Part shown: positions 23,401-36,808 of the stretch, piece after piece
How positions within the stretch are numbered: position 1 is the stretch's first letter
Layout: each line of letters starts with the position of its first letter
NCBI GenBank assembly: GCA_013115125.1
Contig: JABANN010000045.1
Location: forward strand, 62,001 to 103,748
Origin: Perkinsus olseni
Lineage: Eukaryota
Direction: 5' to 3'
Length of the DNA: 41,748 nt
The notes under the pieces: model-generated
Seen by the model: only the letters and a program-made list of their open reading frames with translations
Database searches by the model: none
Told to the model about the DNA's origin: nothing
Position numbers and translations under genes: made by a program

Positions 23401-26400
23401 AATGCTGGACGAGGCCCAGTGGATGGAGCATGACTAGCGGGAGTATCAGATATTGTCTAAGAGCAAGAAGGTTATGAAAGTGCAGCTTGAGAACGAGCTG
23501 CAGTCATTCGCCACATCGGTCAAGGGCTTACACGAGGACTTCAATAAAAGGGTAGCAACAGCAGCAGTGGCAGTGCTCCCACCATCGACCGTCTCTAAGG
23601 GACTTTCCTGTCCTCTTAACGTGAATTGGAATTACCTGTCATTCAGGCTCCGTTCTCTTCGGACGATATGAGCATCTCCACGGCTATGGACCTTCTGGAG
23701 GAGTTCACGCAGGAGCTTGGACAGAAGCGGAAGCAGGAGGCGGACTTCCAGCCCAACCTTGATCTATTCAAAATGGGCGTAACACTCTCAAGGTTTAAAC
23801 ACGGCCAGTCACTGATCATCTCAGGCGGCTGTCTACAAAGAGCTGGAGAAAGTGAGCGAGCAAGTGGATTCTTTGAACACAATCTGGGGATACACAGCCG
23901 ACTGGGACGGGCAGCTTGATAAGATCCGGAGAATTCAATTCCGAGACCTCCAGGTAGGGCCGTTCGAAGGGAGTTAAGAGACGCGTGACCGTCCTTCGTT
24001 ACAGGTGGAAGATATGGACACCATGGCGACGGGATATCAGAAGAAAGTAGGACTGCCTGTGTAGTTGGCCAGCACAGAGGGGATTGATGTGACGCTGGGG
24101 TGTATTCCTGTTGGCATCCTCAGTGCGTGAAGCTGAGGGGCGTCATGGGTAATTGGAACGTGTGGCAGAATCTTAAGAAGGGGATAGACGAGTTCCGCAC
24201 GGCCATGCCTCTAATAACAAACTTGAGGTCGGTCCTGGGTGAAGGGGGAGGGGCGAAAATCCGGCATGCTCAGGTCGGATGCGATGCGGCCTCGACACTG
24301 GCAAGCTATTATGGAGGAGATAGGTCGCGAGTTCGATCCCCAGGCCGACGATTTTACTCTTGGAAAGGTACGGAGCCTACCGTTGTGGTAGTCAATACAC
24401 TGTGTATCCTCTTTGACGATAGGTGTTCGAGTTAGAGCTACACAAGCACTCTGACCTTATAGCTCGGCTAGCGGACGAAGCACGTAAGCAGTACGAGATC
24501 GAGTCGAGTCTGGAGATGATCGAGGGTGTGTGGGCTACAATGGAGATCGAGATGGGAGAGTACAAGCAGAGCTACGTGAAGATCAAGAGTGAGTGTCCTT
24601 TGGGGACTTCTCGCGCTGTGCTTCGTCTTCTTGGTGAAGCCAGGGGGGATGTTCGTGTTCGGGTAGAGGATGTCTGCAAAGACAGAAATCCATCCTTTGT
24701 GATACAGACTCGGAAGGCTGATTATGGGCCTTCACGGTGTGCTCAGGACTCATGGAGTGGCGGCACTGACTGCGACCCATGTTGCTCTCCTCTAGGTACT
24801 GAAGAGCTGTTCCAAACTCTCGAGGAGCACGTCCTGAAGCTATCTGATATGAAGAGCTCTCAGTTTTATCTGCCCTTCGCTGAGAAAGTTGAGAAGTGGG
24901 AGAGGCAGCTGGCCAGTGTGAGCGAGATCGTGGAGACGATCTTGGCTGTGCAGCGTGCTTGGATGTATCTGGAGAATATCTTTGTGGGCAGTGATGATAT
25001 CAGACCGCACTTGCCGACGGAAAGCGCGTGGTTTGATGATGTCAATGCTGGCTTCCCGAAGATGCTCCGGGGCATTTACGAGCGGCCGAATGCGGTTGAA
25101 TCATGCGCGGGGGAGAACTGCGGTGAAATGCTTGAGGATCTGAACTCGTTTATGGAGAAGTTGGAGAAGATCCAGAAGGCTTTGGACGACTACCTGGAGA
25201 GGAAGAGGATGCTCTTCCCAAGGTTTTACTTTCTGTCGAATGATGATTTGCTGGAGATTCTAGGGCAGGCGAAGGAGCCGGAGTTGGTGCAGAAGCACAT
25301 CAAAAAGTGCTTTGAGGGTATCAAGGTGTTGGACTTGGTGAAGACTGATCAGGAGGATAGGGTGCTGTGTGAGGCGGTCGGGATGATCTCTCCTGATGGG
25401 GAGAAGGTCCCCTTCTCGAAGCCTGTGGTGTTGGACCCGCCGGTGGAAGGGTGGTTGGTGAAGGTTGAGAGGAGGATGAAGAGTACGTTGACGAAGCTGC
25501 TGAACTCGTGTCAGCAGGCCAACTGTTCTCCCCCGAAGGGGCTCAAGAAGGATAAGTGGGTGCTTAAGTTCCCTGGCCAGCTACTCATCACGGCTGGTCA
25601 AATATCCTGGACGATGGGCTGCCAGAACGCCCTGGCGAAGATAGCTGAGGGAAGCAAGAACGCGATGAAGGTGTGCAGGAAACGGCAGACGAAGACCATA
25701 GCAAGGCTGACTGATATGATTAGGAAGCCTTTGAGTAAGGTGGACCGGAATAAGGTGGTGGCCTTGATCACAATCGAGGTGCACGCTCGAGACGTCCAGG
25801 AGAGGCTGATTGCGTTGAAGTGCGAGTCTCCACAGCACTTTGATTGGCTGTCTCAGCTGAGGTTTGAGCTCAGAGAGCCCGTTGAGGGTGGTAGCGTTGC
25901 TGCCGTGATTTCTGGCATGGCGGAGTTGACCGGCCAGCAGAAGGACCCGGGTTCGATCCCGTCATGTGTCGTTCTACAGACTAATACGATGAATCCGTAT
26001 GGTTACGAGTATCAGGGCAACAACGGACGCCTCGTTATCACGCCAATGACCGACCGCTGTTATATGACCTTGACGACGGCGATGCACTTGAAGAGGGGAG
26101 GAGCCCCTCAGGGTCCGGCAGGGACTGGCAAGACCGAGTCTGTGAAGGATCTGGGCAAGGGCATGGCGAAGTATGTTATAGTGTTCAACTGCAGCGATGG
26201 TCTCGACTACAAGTCCCTCGGGAGAATGTTCAGCGGCTTGGCCCAGGCTGGGGCTTGGGGGTGCTTTGATGAATTCAATCGGATTGAAGTGGAGGTGCTC
26301 TCGGTGGTTGCGGCACAGATCCTGTGCATTCAGGTGATCAGGACACGTGCTCTTGGCTTGGTGATGGTCTCTGTTCAGACGGCGTTGCGGGAGGAGAGGG

Positions 26401-29400
26401 AGACTTTCATGTTTGAGGAGAACGTCATACGCCTGGACAAGAGCTGCGCTGTCTTCATCACGATGAACCCAGGATACGCCGGCCGTAGCGAGCTGCCCGA
26501 TAACTTGAAGAGCCTGTTCAGACCAGTTGCTATGATGGTCGGAAGACTGCTGCTGCCACCCCAAATTTGTAGTAATCCGTGTTCAGGTGCCGGACTTGGC
26601 GATGATTGCGGAGATTATGCTGGTCTCTGAAGGATTTATGGACTTCAAGCCGCTGGCCAAGAAGATGGTCACGCTTTACACCATGATGGTACAACAGATG
26701 AGCAAACAGGTGACAGCATCCCTTATTGGTGTGAGCACTCCTCGCCGGAGCCACGATCGCCACTTGAACTTGTTCGCTAAGCTAGGGTTGGAAAATAGGA
26801 AAACCATATGCTGTGGTAGTCGATAGTCTCGACAGTGCCTCCTCAGGACCATTACGATTTTGGTCTGAGAAGCATCAAGAGTGTACTCAACTGTGCGGGG
26901 TCTCTCAAGCGCAGTGAGCCGGACATGGATGAAGCAGCCATTCTCATGAGGGCTATCAATGATATGAATGCCCCTAAGTGGGTGTCCCAGGTGGGCGTTA
27001 GACTGATACCGCCGGAATGGTAGGCAGCCCTGTGTTCAGGACAAGCCTCTGTATGCTGCGTTGCTGGGGGATCTTTTCCCTGGTCTGGAGCTCCCCGACC
27101 CGGACTATGGTGACCTCGAGAAGTGCATCAAGGAGGTCCTCCTCGATTTCAAGCTGCAACCGACGGACCATGCTGTTCACAAGGTAGAGGTCCTTCGAAG
27201 AGGAAGAGTTGAGGGCCCATCAGGTCATTCACACGTATGAGACCAAGATAACCCGGCATGGTAACATGCTGGTTGGGGCGAGTCTAGGCGGCAAGAGCAC
27301 GGCCTGGAAGGTGATAACGGTAGAGATAGCCGGGGTGAACTGGTCATGGTAGGTCCTGGCCGAGACCAAGACAAGGCTGTGCAAGCGGAGCGTGGCTGGG
27401 TATGACAAGGTGATGTACTATATACTCAACCCGAAGTCCATAACGATGGATGAGCTGTACGGTGCATACGACTTGACTACGATGGAGTGGACGGATGGTG
27501 TCTTCTCGACGCTGATGCGACAGGCGTGCCAGGTGGACTGCTGCTGCTCACAGCGATGGTACGGCCTTTATCGGTGGTGTAGGATGAGAAGCCAGATGAG
27601 AAGTGGATCGTGCTGGACGGCCCTGTTGATACGTTGTGGATTGAAAGCATGAATACAGTGTTGGACGACAATAAGGTGAGAGCAGCCACGGCAGGTTGAG
27701 CGAGGCTAGGTCGGCTGTCGTGGAGGTGTTGACGCTCATCAACGGTGACCGCATATCGATGCCTCCCCAAGTGTCATTGCTGTTTGAAGTAGAAGACCTC
27801 AGTGTTGCCTCTCCGGCGACCGTCAGCCGTGCGGGTGAGTACCTCTCTGTCGTCTCGGATACCCCTCGTATCCTCGGCCCAGGTATGGTCTACTTCGACG
27901 TGCATGACTTGGGCTGGATGCCATACTCTACATCATGGTTGGAGAAGCTCGGGTCGGCCAAGTCGGCTGAGTTCACTGCTGAGCGCCTGGCTGAGATGGC
28001 GGACCTGTTCCAGAAGTGGGTACCGAAGGTGCTGAAGGCTAAGAAGGGCCTATCGGAGCTGGTGCCAATAAGCGAGATCAATGGGGTGATGTCAGAGAGG
28101 GCTTAGGGGTTGGAGATGGTTTCGGGCAGGTGATGAGTCTTTGCCGACTATTTGAATGCTTCGGGATGGATGTGAAGTACGATAGCTTCGGCGACAAGGC
28201 GAGCGATGTCCTAGAGAAGGTCAGGGTTAACCTTGGATAGCGGTTGCTGACTGGATTGTTTTAAATAGGTGTTTGTATTCTGTCTACTATGGTCTTTGGG
28301 CGGGTCAGTGACTGAGGCTGGCAGAGGGGATATGGACGCCTCAATACGACATGTCGACAGCAGCGTCTTCCCTCATGGGCAGTCAGTGTACGACTATGCT
28401 CTGTGGAACTTGGAGAAAACGGCAGAGTTCTGCCTCTGGGAGGATCGTCTGCCGAATCCCTTCAAGTGAGCCCCGTCCCTCCTTCGCCGTCTGCACTTAC
28501 CGGGAAGCCTCCCTTGTGTATGCTGGCCCATCTACGGCTCGCCCTTCCAGTCGTCAGCGCTGTTTTCTTAGGCCCGGCGACTTGCCCTTCCACAAGATCA
28601 TAGTCCCTACTGTGGACACCTTGAGGCACGGAAACATCATCTCGACGCTGGTGGCTCAGCATCATCATGTTCTCCTCGTTGGTCATACGGGCACAGGGAA
28701 GACTGTGGCGGCGCAGCAGGTAGAGTAGAGGGTGGCCGGGTATTAGGCGACGCTCTCGTGGGGTAGGTCCTGTCTGGTTGTAATGAGGACAAGTCCAAGT
28801 GGTGCAGCTTGGTGGTCAATCTTAGTGCTCAGACGAGTAGCGCTATGGTCCAGGTAGGGGGAGGGCAGCGGCATTGTTGGTGATTGGGGAGTGCAGGACA
28901 TCATCGAAGGGAGAGTCGAGAAGAGAATCAAGAATAAGTTCGGGCCGCCTATGAACAGGAGGATGGTCATTCTTGTCGACGACTTGAATATGCCTAGGAA
29001 GGATCTCTTCGGGAGTCAGCCGCCACTGGAGCTACTCCGTCAGTGGATGGACTACGAGTGTTGGTAGGGTTGGGAGGGAGGTGTGGTGGAGGGAGGCTGC
29101 CACAGGTATGACCGGAAGAAGCAGACGTTGCGGTATATACAGGACATCCAGTTGCTGGGGGCCATGGGGCCTCCGGGGGGTGGCAGAGCCGTCATATCGA
29201 GGCGTCTCCAGAGCCGATTCAATCTCCTCTGTGTGGTGAGTAGGAGGGTCGATGATGAGCCCCTCGGTTGAGGTGCCTTCAGGTGAACCCGAGTGACTCC
29301 CAAGTGAACAGAGTGTTCCAGACTCTATGCTCGCATAAATTGGAGTCGGGCTTCCGTGACGACTTGAAGGCGATGTCGGAGCTCATCACCACCGCCACCA

Positions 29401-32400
29401 CCACACTGTATGCCGTCATCCAGGTAGTGCTTGTAGCTACCTCAGAGGGCTACCGCCAGCTTGGGTCCATCAAATCAGGAAAAGTTCTTGCCTACGCCAA
29501 GCAAGTGTCATTATCTCTTTAACCTTCGAGACGTCAGCAAGGTCTTCCAAGGCATATATTTGGTAAAAAGGAAAGTGGAGCTCGAGCTCCGACTGCCATT
29601 GGTGTGGCTAGGCCCAGCCGACGCACTTTGAGGAGAAGGAGAAGCTGCTACGCCTTTGGGTGCATGAATGCTGCCGAGTCTTCATGGACCGCTTGATCAG
29701 CGAGGAGGATAGGATACACTTCGTCTCGGAAATTGACAATGTCATGGACCAGACCATGCAGATCCGTCTGAAGGAGGTCGGACCGGATTTAGGGTAGTTG
29801 GGAGTTGCTGCTGGAGTTGCCTTGCTACAGGTTCTACAGCAAGATGAGCATGCGCAGGATATCGTCTTCGGTGGCGTGGACTTGAAGAACTACGAGGCTG
29901 AGGATCCGCCTTATGACCAGATGGTGGACAAGAAGGGTTTGAAGTTGTTTATGGAAGCTAAACTCGAGAACTATAATGATGAGATGAAGGGGAAGGCGAT
30001 GGATATTGTCCTGTTCAAGGATGCTATTGAGCACTGCCTTAGAGTTCTCCGGTAGGCAACAGTAGTCGACTGTGCGGTGTCGTCGGTCATGTCGTAGATG
30101 TGATACCCAGGGAATTCATCCGCGTTTGTGCCGCAGTATATTCGCCCTAGGTGTGGCCTCGATGAGGTGGAGTTGCCTCCTGAATCAGGCAGCTATTTTC
30201 TCCTGACTGATACAGTCTAGATTTGTGAGATGTGTGACCCTTTATAGGGTGATACGCATGCCCCGGGGCAATGCCTTACTGGTGGGTGTTGGTGGAAGCG
30301 GAAGACACTGCCAGACGCGTCTTGCCTCGTATATCGCCGAGTACAAGTGTTTCCAGATAGAGATCAATAAGAACTACAACCATCAGAAGTAGTTGCGGGA
30401 GCAGGTCCCTTGGGTGCTCTGGGAAGCGAGATCAATGGCAGGTTCCGAGAAGATATCAAGGCGGTCTATGAACTGGCCGGAGTGAAGTCCCAGAATGTCG
30501 CTTTCCTGTTCAGCGATACTGAGATCTGTGAAGAGAGCTTCTTGGAGGACGTTTCAAATATACTCTCTAGCGGGGAGGTTCCGAACCTCTATGCAGCGGA
30601 TGAGCTCAACCAGGTGGGCGTCCGATCAATAGCCAGTAGCCCGAGGAGCTACGGAATGAGAGCGTGAAGAGGGGTTGTGTGTAGGTCCGCACTGCCCTCG
30701 AGAAGCCAGCGAAGGAAGCAGGAATTGCTTTCGGGCCCGAGGCGATTTACGACTTCTTTCTATCCAGGATTCGGGAGAACCTGCATGTGGTATTCTGTGC
30801 TAGTCCTATAGGGGACAGCTTCAGGAATTACTGCCGAATGTGAGGCGTCCTCGAAGCGGCGCCGCCCCTCTGTGGAGTTGGGCAATCGCACAGGTACCCC
30901 TCCCTGGTGAACTGCTCTACGATAGACTGGTTCCTGCCTTGGCCGAATGAGGCCCTCACTGAAGTCGCCATGAAATTCCTTTCGGGAGCGCAGGGTGAGC
31001 GTACAATTGGAGGGGGCTGCTCCTGCAGTCCTCAGTGCGAGTGCCGCTAGGCCTTCCGCAAGCGCATGTTGCCAACGTGGCTGCGGTGTTTGGTACGGCT
31101 CATACGGCCGTCGTCGAGTACAGTGAGGTCATGCTGGAAACACAGAAGAGACATAACTACGTCACCCCGACCAACTACCTGGACCTGGTGCGCTACTGTT
31201 GCTGTAGACGGCCGCTACAGATTGATCGACTCAGGTGCAAGGCTACGTCGCTGCTCTGCGGGAGAAGGGTGAAGCCATCGGAGGCTCGGCAGACAAGCTC
31301 CGCAATGGTCTGTCGAAGCTGATGGAGGCTAGAACGCAAGTAGAGGAGATGAGCGTCGTGCTGGAGAAAAATCAAGTAAGGGCTGAATGGCTCCGCCCTA
31401 GCACACTGTGTTGTGTGTAGGAAGTGGTGTCAAGGAAGCAGAACGAGTGTCGAGAACTGATGGTTGTTATTGTGGAGAAGAGGGCTAATGCAGCGGAACA
31501 GGAGAAGGTGGTCCGGGCGGATGAAGTCAGGATCCAAGCTGAGACCAAGGAGACCGAGGTAATGGGGTTCTAGGCTGACTATCACGACGGTTCTGAATTT
31601 CCCGTGGGCGGTACGTAGGTGCTCGCGGCCGACGCTCAAGCTGACCTCGACAAAGCAATGCCGGCCCTGCAAGCATCGGAGGAGGCACTGAACAAGCTCG
31701 ACAAGAAGGCTATTGCGGAAGTGAAGGTGAGGTGTAACTTTGCAGCAGCAGGAGTGGCTGAGCCGTAGTGATAGCAGCTGGCCTGACAGGTGTATGCCAA
31801 GCCTCCTGAGCTGGTCATGAAGACCATGTGTGCTGTGATGACTGTGATGGAGAAACCGCCGACTTGGGCCCAGGCTAAGTTGGAGCTCAACGACGTCAAC
31901 TTCCTCAATAGGATCAAGACATTCGACAAGGACAACATCTCCAACACTACTGTTAAGAAAATCGAGAAGTAGTATCTCTCAGCGCCCGAGGCGTTGAAAG
32001 TGGCGCCCTCCTCCAGATTTACGAAGGATCCGACGTTCACACCGACGGCTGTAGGGAAGGTCAGTGTCGCTGCTGGGGCCCTCTGCCAGTGGGTTCACGC
32101 AATGAAGGTGATCTATATCGTGTTGGTCATCGGTGTCGTTTTTGACCTGGCCTCCTGTGCAGGTGTATGCGGAGGTGTTCAGGGAGGTGGAGCCGAAGAG
32201 GTTGAAGTTGAGGAGAGCAGCGGAGACTCTTCATGCTAAGCAGAAGCAGCTCGCGGAGGCTATGGAGAAACTACAGAGCGTCCAGGAGACATTGGCTGGT
32301 CTGAAGAGCCAGTTCGATGAGAGTAACGAAGAAAAGGAGACCCTGACGAAGCAGGTGGGTGCGTCCTGGAACGCAGCAGCGATTGAATGTTCTGGATGGT

Positions 32401-35400
32401 TTAGGCGGAAGACTTGAAGACGAAACTAGAGAGAGCTGAGAAGCTAGTGTCTGGGTTGGCTGGAGAGAAGGATCGATGGGAGCTCAGCCTTGAAGATTAT
32501 GATGAACAAATAGGACATCTAGTTGGGGACTGCTTGGTAGGCTGTGGCCATGCACACGTGCCAGCGCATCAGACGAGGTCGGCTCAGGTCGCCGCTGCCT
32601 TCCAGAGCTATGCTGGCCCCTTTGGGTCGGCCATGAGAGACGCTTTGGTTCAAGATAAGTGGATGCCCCTGGTCCAGGACCTAGAGATACCCTTCTCGGA
32701 CGGCTTCGACTTCCAAGACTTCATGGCCGATCCAGCAGAGGTCAGAATATGGAACCTGCAGGTAAGGGCCGTGATCGATCTCAGAGCGTTGGAGCCTGCG
32801 CTGCGCGCAGGGATTACCGACCGATCGATTTTCCACCGAGAACGGCGTACTGGTGACGAAGTCCCGGCGATGGCCGTTGATGGTGGACCCGCAAAACCAA
32901 GCTAACCGGTGGATCCGGGACATGGAGAGCAAGAATGACCTACGAATATTCGACCCGAATACAGCCAACTTCATGAGGACCATCGAGCGGGCGATCGAGT
33001 ATGGCAAGCCTTGCCTGATGGAAAATGTTGGTGAAGAGCTGGACCCGTCGCTGGAGCCGGTTCTGGCGAAGAACATCATCAACACAGGAGGCAGCCTCAG
33101 CATACAGATCGGCGAGTCGACACTCTTTTACAACCCCGATTTCAAATTCTACCTGACGACGAAGTTGGGGAATCCCCATTACACCCCAGAAGTGTCGACT
33201 AAAACTACTATCGTCAATTTCGTCGTTGTCGAGGAAGGGTTGTCGAGCCAGTTGCTAGGCGTCGTGGTGAAGAAGGAAGAGCCGCAGCTGGAGCAGCAGA
33301 AGAGCGATTTGGTCGTGCAGGTGACGAGGAGCTGGCGGGCCAGGAAGCTGCCACAGAGACCTCTTCGTGCAGGTGTCGAAGGGAAAGAACCGTCTGGCGG
33401 AGTTGGAGAATGAAATCCTCCGCCTGCTGTCGGAGAGCAAGGGGTCGTTACTGGATGATCTCAACTTGGTGAACACTCTCAACGAGTCCAAGACCATCAG
33501 TGAGGCGGTTACAGAGCAGGCAAGCCGCCGCTGTGCATATCCAAGAGAATATCGGGGGATTCATCCGTAGGTTGAAGATGCGGAAAAGACTATGGTCCAA
33601 ATCGACGCTGCTCGAGAGAACTACAAGTCCTGCGGAGACCGGGCAGCTACTCTATTCTTCGTTCTCAATGACTTGGTAACGGTGGACCCTATGTACCAGG
33701 TAAGCTAGGCCACTGCAGGACGATGGCAAGCTTCGCCGTGTGACGTAGTTCGCCTTGGAACCGTACATCAAGCTCTTCCAGTCGAGCATCGATAAGTCAT
33801 CGGAACAGAACCCCATGACATGCGGTGTTGACGAACGTGTCGAGGTACTGATCGTCGTACGTGGATGGCAGGCGAGGCTCTGCTTGTCTTAGGTCCTCAA
33901 CGACTTCCATACCTTGGCAGTCTACCGGTTCGCGTCGCGAGCGCTGTTTGAGAGGCACAAGCTCCTCCTGTCGTTGCACATAACGACTCGGATTCTGGCC
34001 AGCAAAAGCGCCCTGTCGCCCAATGAGTTCGCTTTCTTCCTCCGTGGCGGGCAAACGCTCGATAAGTCAACTCAGGTGGGAAGAGCATGAGGTTCTCTCG
34101 AGTGCCCTTGCAGCAAAGTCGTTGTTAGGCCGTGAACCCCTCGCCCGATTGGATCACCCCAGTTTGTTGGGATAACATCACGTCGCTGGCTGTGGCATCT
34201 CCGGACGCGTTCAAAGGTTTCCAGTCCGCGGTCGAGCAGGGGCTCCGAGAGTGGAAGCGCTGGTGAGCCGCTTGATGGTCCTTGGTTGTTACGTCCCTGC
34301 AGGTATATGGCTTCCGAGCCGGAGAGCGAGCCTTTGCCGGGCGAGTGGGAGTCTAGGCTGGATCCCCTTCAGAAGCTCCTGTTGGTTCGCGCGTTGCGAG
34401 GCGACAGGATCCTCCCTGCCGTGGGAAGGTTTGTGACGGCTAAGATGGGTCCGAGGTTCGTGGAGCCGCCCAACTTTGACCTCGAGGCCATATACGATGA
34501 GAGCGATGCCAGGATTCCCCTTGTCTTTGTGCTGAGCCCTGGGATGGACCCCACGCCCCTCCTTCGAGGTTTGGCCGTCAGTAGAGGGACTGAGTGGAAG
34601 ACCATATCCCTCGGTCAAGGGCAGGCACCGAAGGCCGAGGCCATGCTGAGGCACGGTGTTGAAGCGGGCTTCTGGGTGTTCTTGGCCAACTGCCACTTGT
34701 CGGTCTCGTGGCTCCCGGCTCTGGAGAAGTTGGTGGTACATGAGCTCGAGGAGAAGACCCCGCACGCGACGTTCCGGCTTTGGTTGTCATCCGACCCGAC
34801 GCCCAAGTTCCCCATCGCTCTGTTGCAGAAGTGCATGAAGATGACGACGGAGCCTCCGAGAGGATTGAAGGCCAATATGGCCAGGCTTCTGATCAACCTC
34901 TCCGAGGACCAATTCACGCGGTGTACGCAGGCGAACGAGTATCGCAAATTACTGTTCTCGCTGGTGTGGTTCCACGCGATCCTACTGGAGCGTAAAAAGT
35001 TCAAGAATTTGGGCTGGAATGTCGCCTATGATTTTAACGATTCTGACTTTGATATCTGTGAGAATATATTGGCCATGTATCTGGACGAGTACCCGAACGA
35101 GATTCCGTGGGAGGCGATACGCTACCTCATCGCTGACGCTAACTACGGTGGCCGCGTGACGGAGTATCCGGACAACAAACTACTACGGGCGTATGTGGAT
35201 GAGTTCTTCTGCCCTGACGCCGTAAACACTTCGAGCTTCCCTCTGTCGCCGCTGCCGACCTATTACATCCCGGAGGAGACCACTCTTGACGGGTAGGACA
35301 GCCTCCACGGCTCGGGTATTGAGGACCTTCTGTAGGTATCGTATGTACGTGAGGGAGCTCCCGCTCAACGAGCCGCCGGAAGCATTCGGACAGCATGTAA

Positions 35401-36634
35401 ATGCTGAGATCAGCTCAGCTCTTGCGGATGCAGAAGCGGTAGTCGAAGAGTAGATTAGCAGTCATTCGTAGAACCTTCTCCGGTTGTTGCAGTTGCTGAG
35501 TACCGTTATTTCTATTCAGCCAGCTGGCGAAGCGTCTCAGGCAAATAAGGGTAGTGCCGCACACGTGTACTTGGCTGGCTAGATGCTCCATCAGGCGACG
35601 CTGGGGGTGGTGGCAGCGGCTCGAAAGACGATACGGTCATGAAGGTGTGCGACAATCTACTTGAGAAGCTCCCTGAGGATATTGACTTCGCGGACATCGC
35701 AAGTCGCAACGAAGGGGACACCAGTCCTCTCAAGATCGTTCTCCTTCAAGAGATCGAGAGGTCAAAAAATTTTCACAATTTTCCTCAAATTTTATTTTTT
35801 CTGTTTACGACACCTTCCGTGGCTTCAGATACAACTTGCTATTGCGGAAAGTCCGCGTGTCCATTCATGAGCTGAAGAAGGGTATCGCTGGGTTTGTTGT
35901 GATATCAGAGGACCAGGAAGCGGTTATGCAATCGCTCTCTGAAGGGAAGGCAAGTTCCCCAGTGCAGGCTGGACTAATGAGGCTGTAGAGGCCCCTGCCA
36001 GGTCCCGGGTGCGTGGCATAGCGCATATCCATCACTGAAGCCCCTCAATGCTTGGATCGTCGACCTCATCTCTCGCATAGATCAGCTATCCCAGTGGGGC
36101 CTCTATGAGACGCCCAAGGTCTTCTGGCTGGGAGGACTCACTTACCCCACGGGCTTCTTAACAGCTGTACTGCAGCTTTCCGCTAGGAAGAATATGGTCA
36201 GCGTGGATACGCTCTCGTTCGACTTTGTCGTACTGCAGGTAAGCTCCAAGGTCCGGCCTGTACTGGTCTGTGTAACTAGTTGTCAGATTCACGATGAAAC
36301 CTCCGTCACAGCAGCTCCTAAGGAGGGCGCTTACGTGTCGAAGATGATCCTTGAAGGCGCGTCGTGGGATGTCCAACATAGTCACCTGGCAGAGCCAGAA
36401 CCGATGGAACTGTTTTCACCGATCCCTATCGTCCATTTCAAGCCGGTAGCGAAGAAGAAGACCACCGAACAAGTCGTGTCCAACATATACCCCTGCCCGC
36501 TGTATCTCTATCCTATCAGAACAGGAACCAGAGAAAGGCCTAGTTTTATGATTTGGGTTGACCTGGAAGCGGGCGAGCGTAATGCCTCGTTCTGGACCAA
36601 GAGAGGCACAGCGCTCCTTCTGTCAATTGCCTGA
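17491..36634 (+). CDS. DNAH2: Axonemal dynein heavy chain, inner-arm I1/f beta type (DNAH2 / Chlamydomonas DHC10-like), dozens of short introns
   Basis: Tail motifs [29 protein letters not shown] and GPLSEIELW. Linker [20 protein letters not shown]1 GPAGTGKT (26112-26135) and [11 protein letters not shown]2 [11 protein letters not shown]3 [11 protein letters not shown]4 GVGGSGRH. Stalk [24 protein letters not shown]5 [14 protein letters not shown]6 SLGQGQAP. C-terminus [13 protein letters not shown]...[13 protein letters not shown]. Junctions I checked splice in frame. Confidence 0.95.
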
Positions 36635-36786
36635 TGAACTCACATGCGATTGTGATTGCCCCCTTTAAGATCGTGTTGAGTTACGTACTGTGAAAAAAAC
36701 TGATCGAAGTCTTCTGTTCGAAAGAAGCTCCGCTACGCACCATATTACCGTAGCACCTGCCGCCTCCTCGCGAATAATAAACTCGA

Positions 36787-36808
36787 GGAGAAAATTTCTC
36801 CGAGAAAT
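36787..36808. repeat. Fold-back scar GGAGAAA-ATTTCTCC-GAGAAAT (8-bp target GGAGAAAT)
   Basis: Third exact 7+8+7 instance, about 150 nt downstream of the dynein stop. An adjacent CTCCTCG/CGAGGAG inverted repeat spans 36764-36790. Confidence 0.7.
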
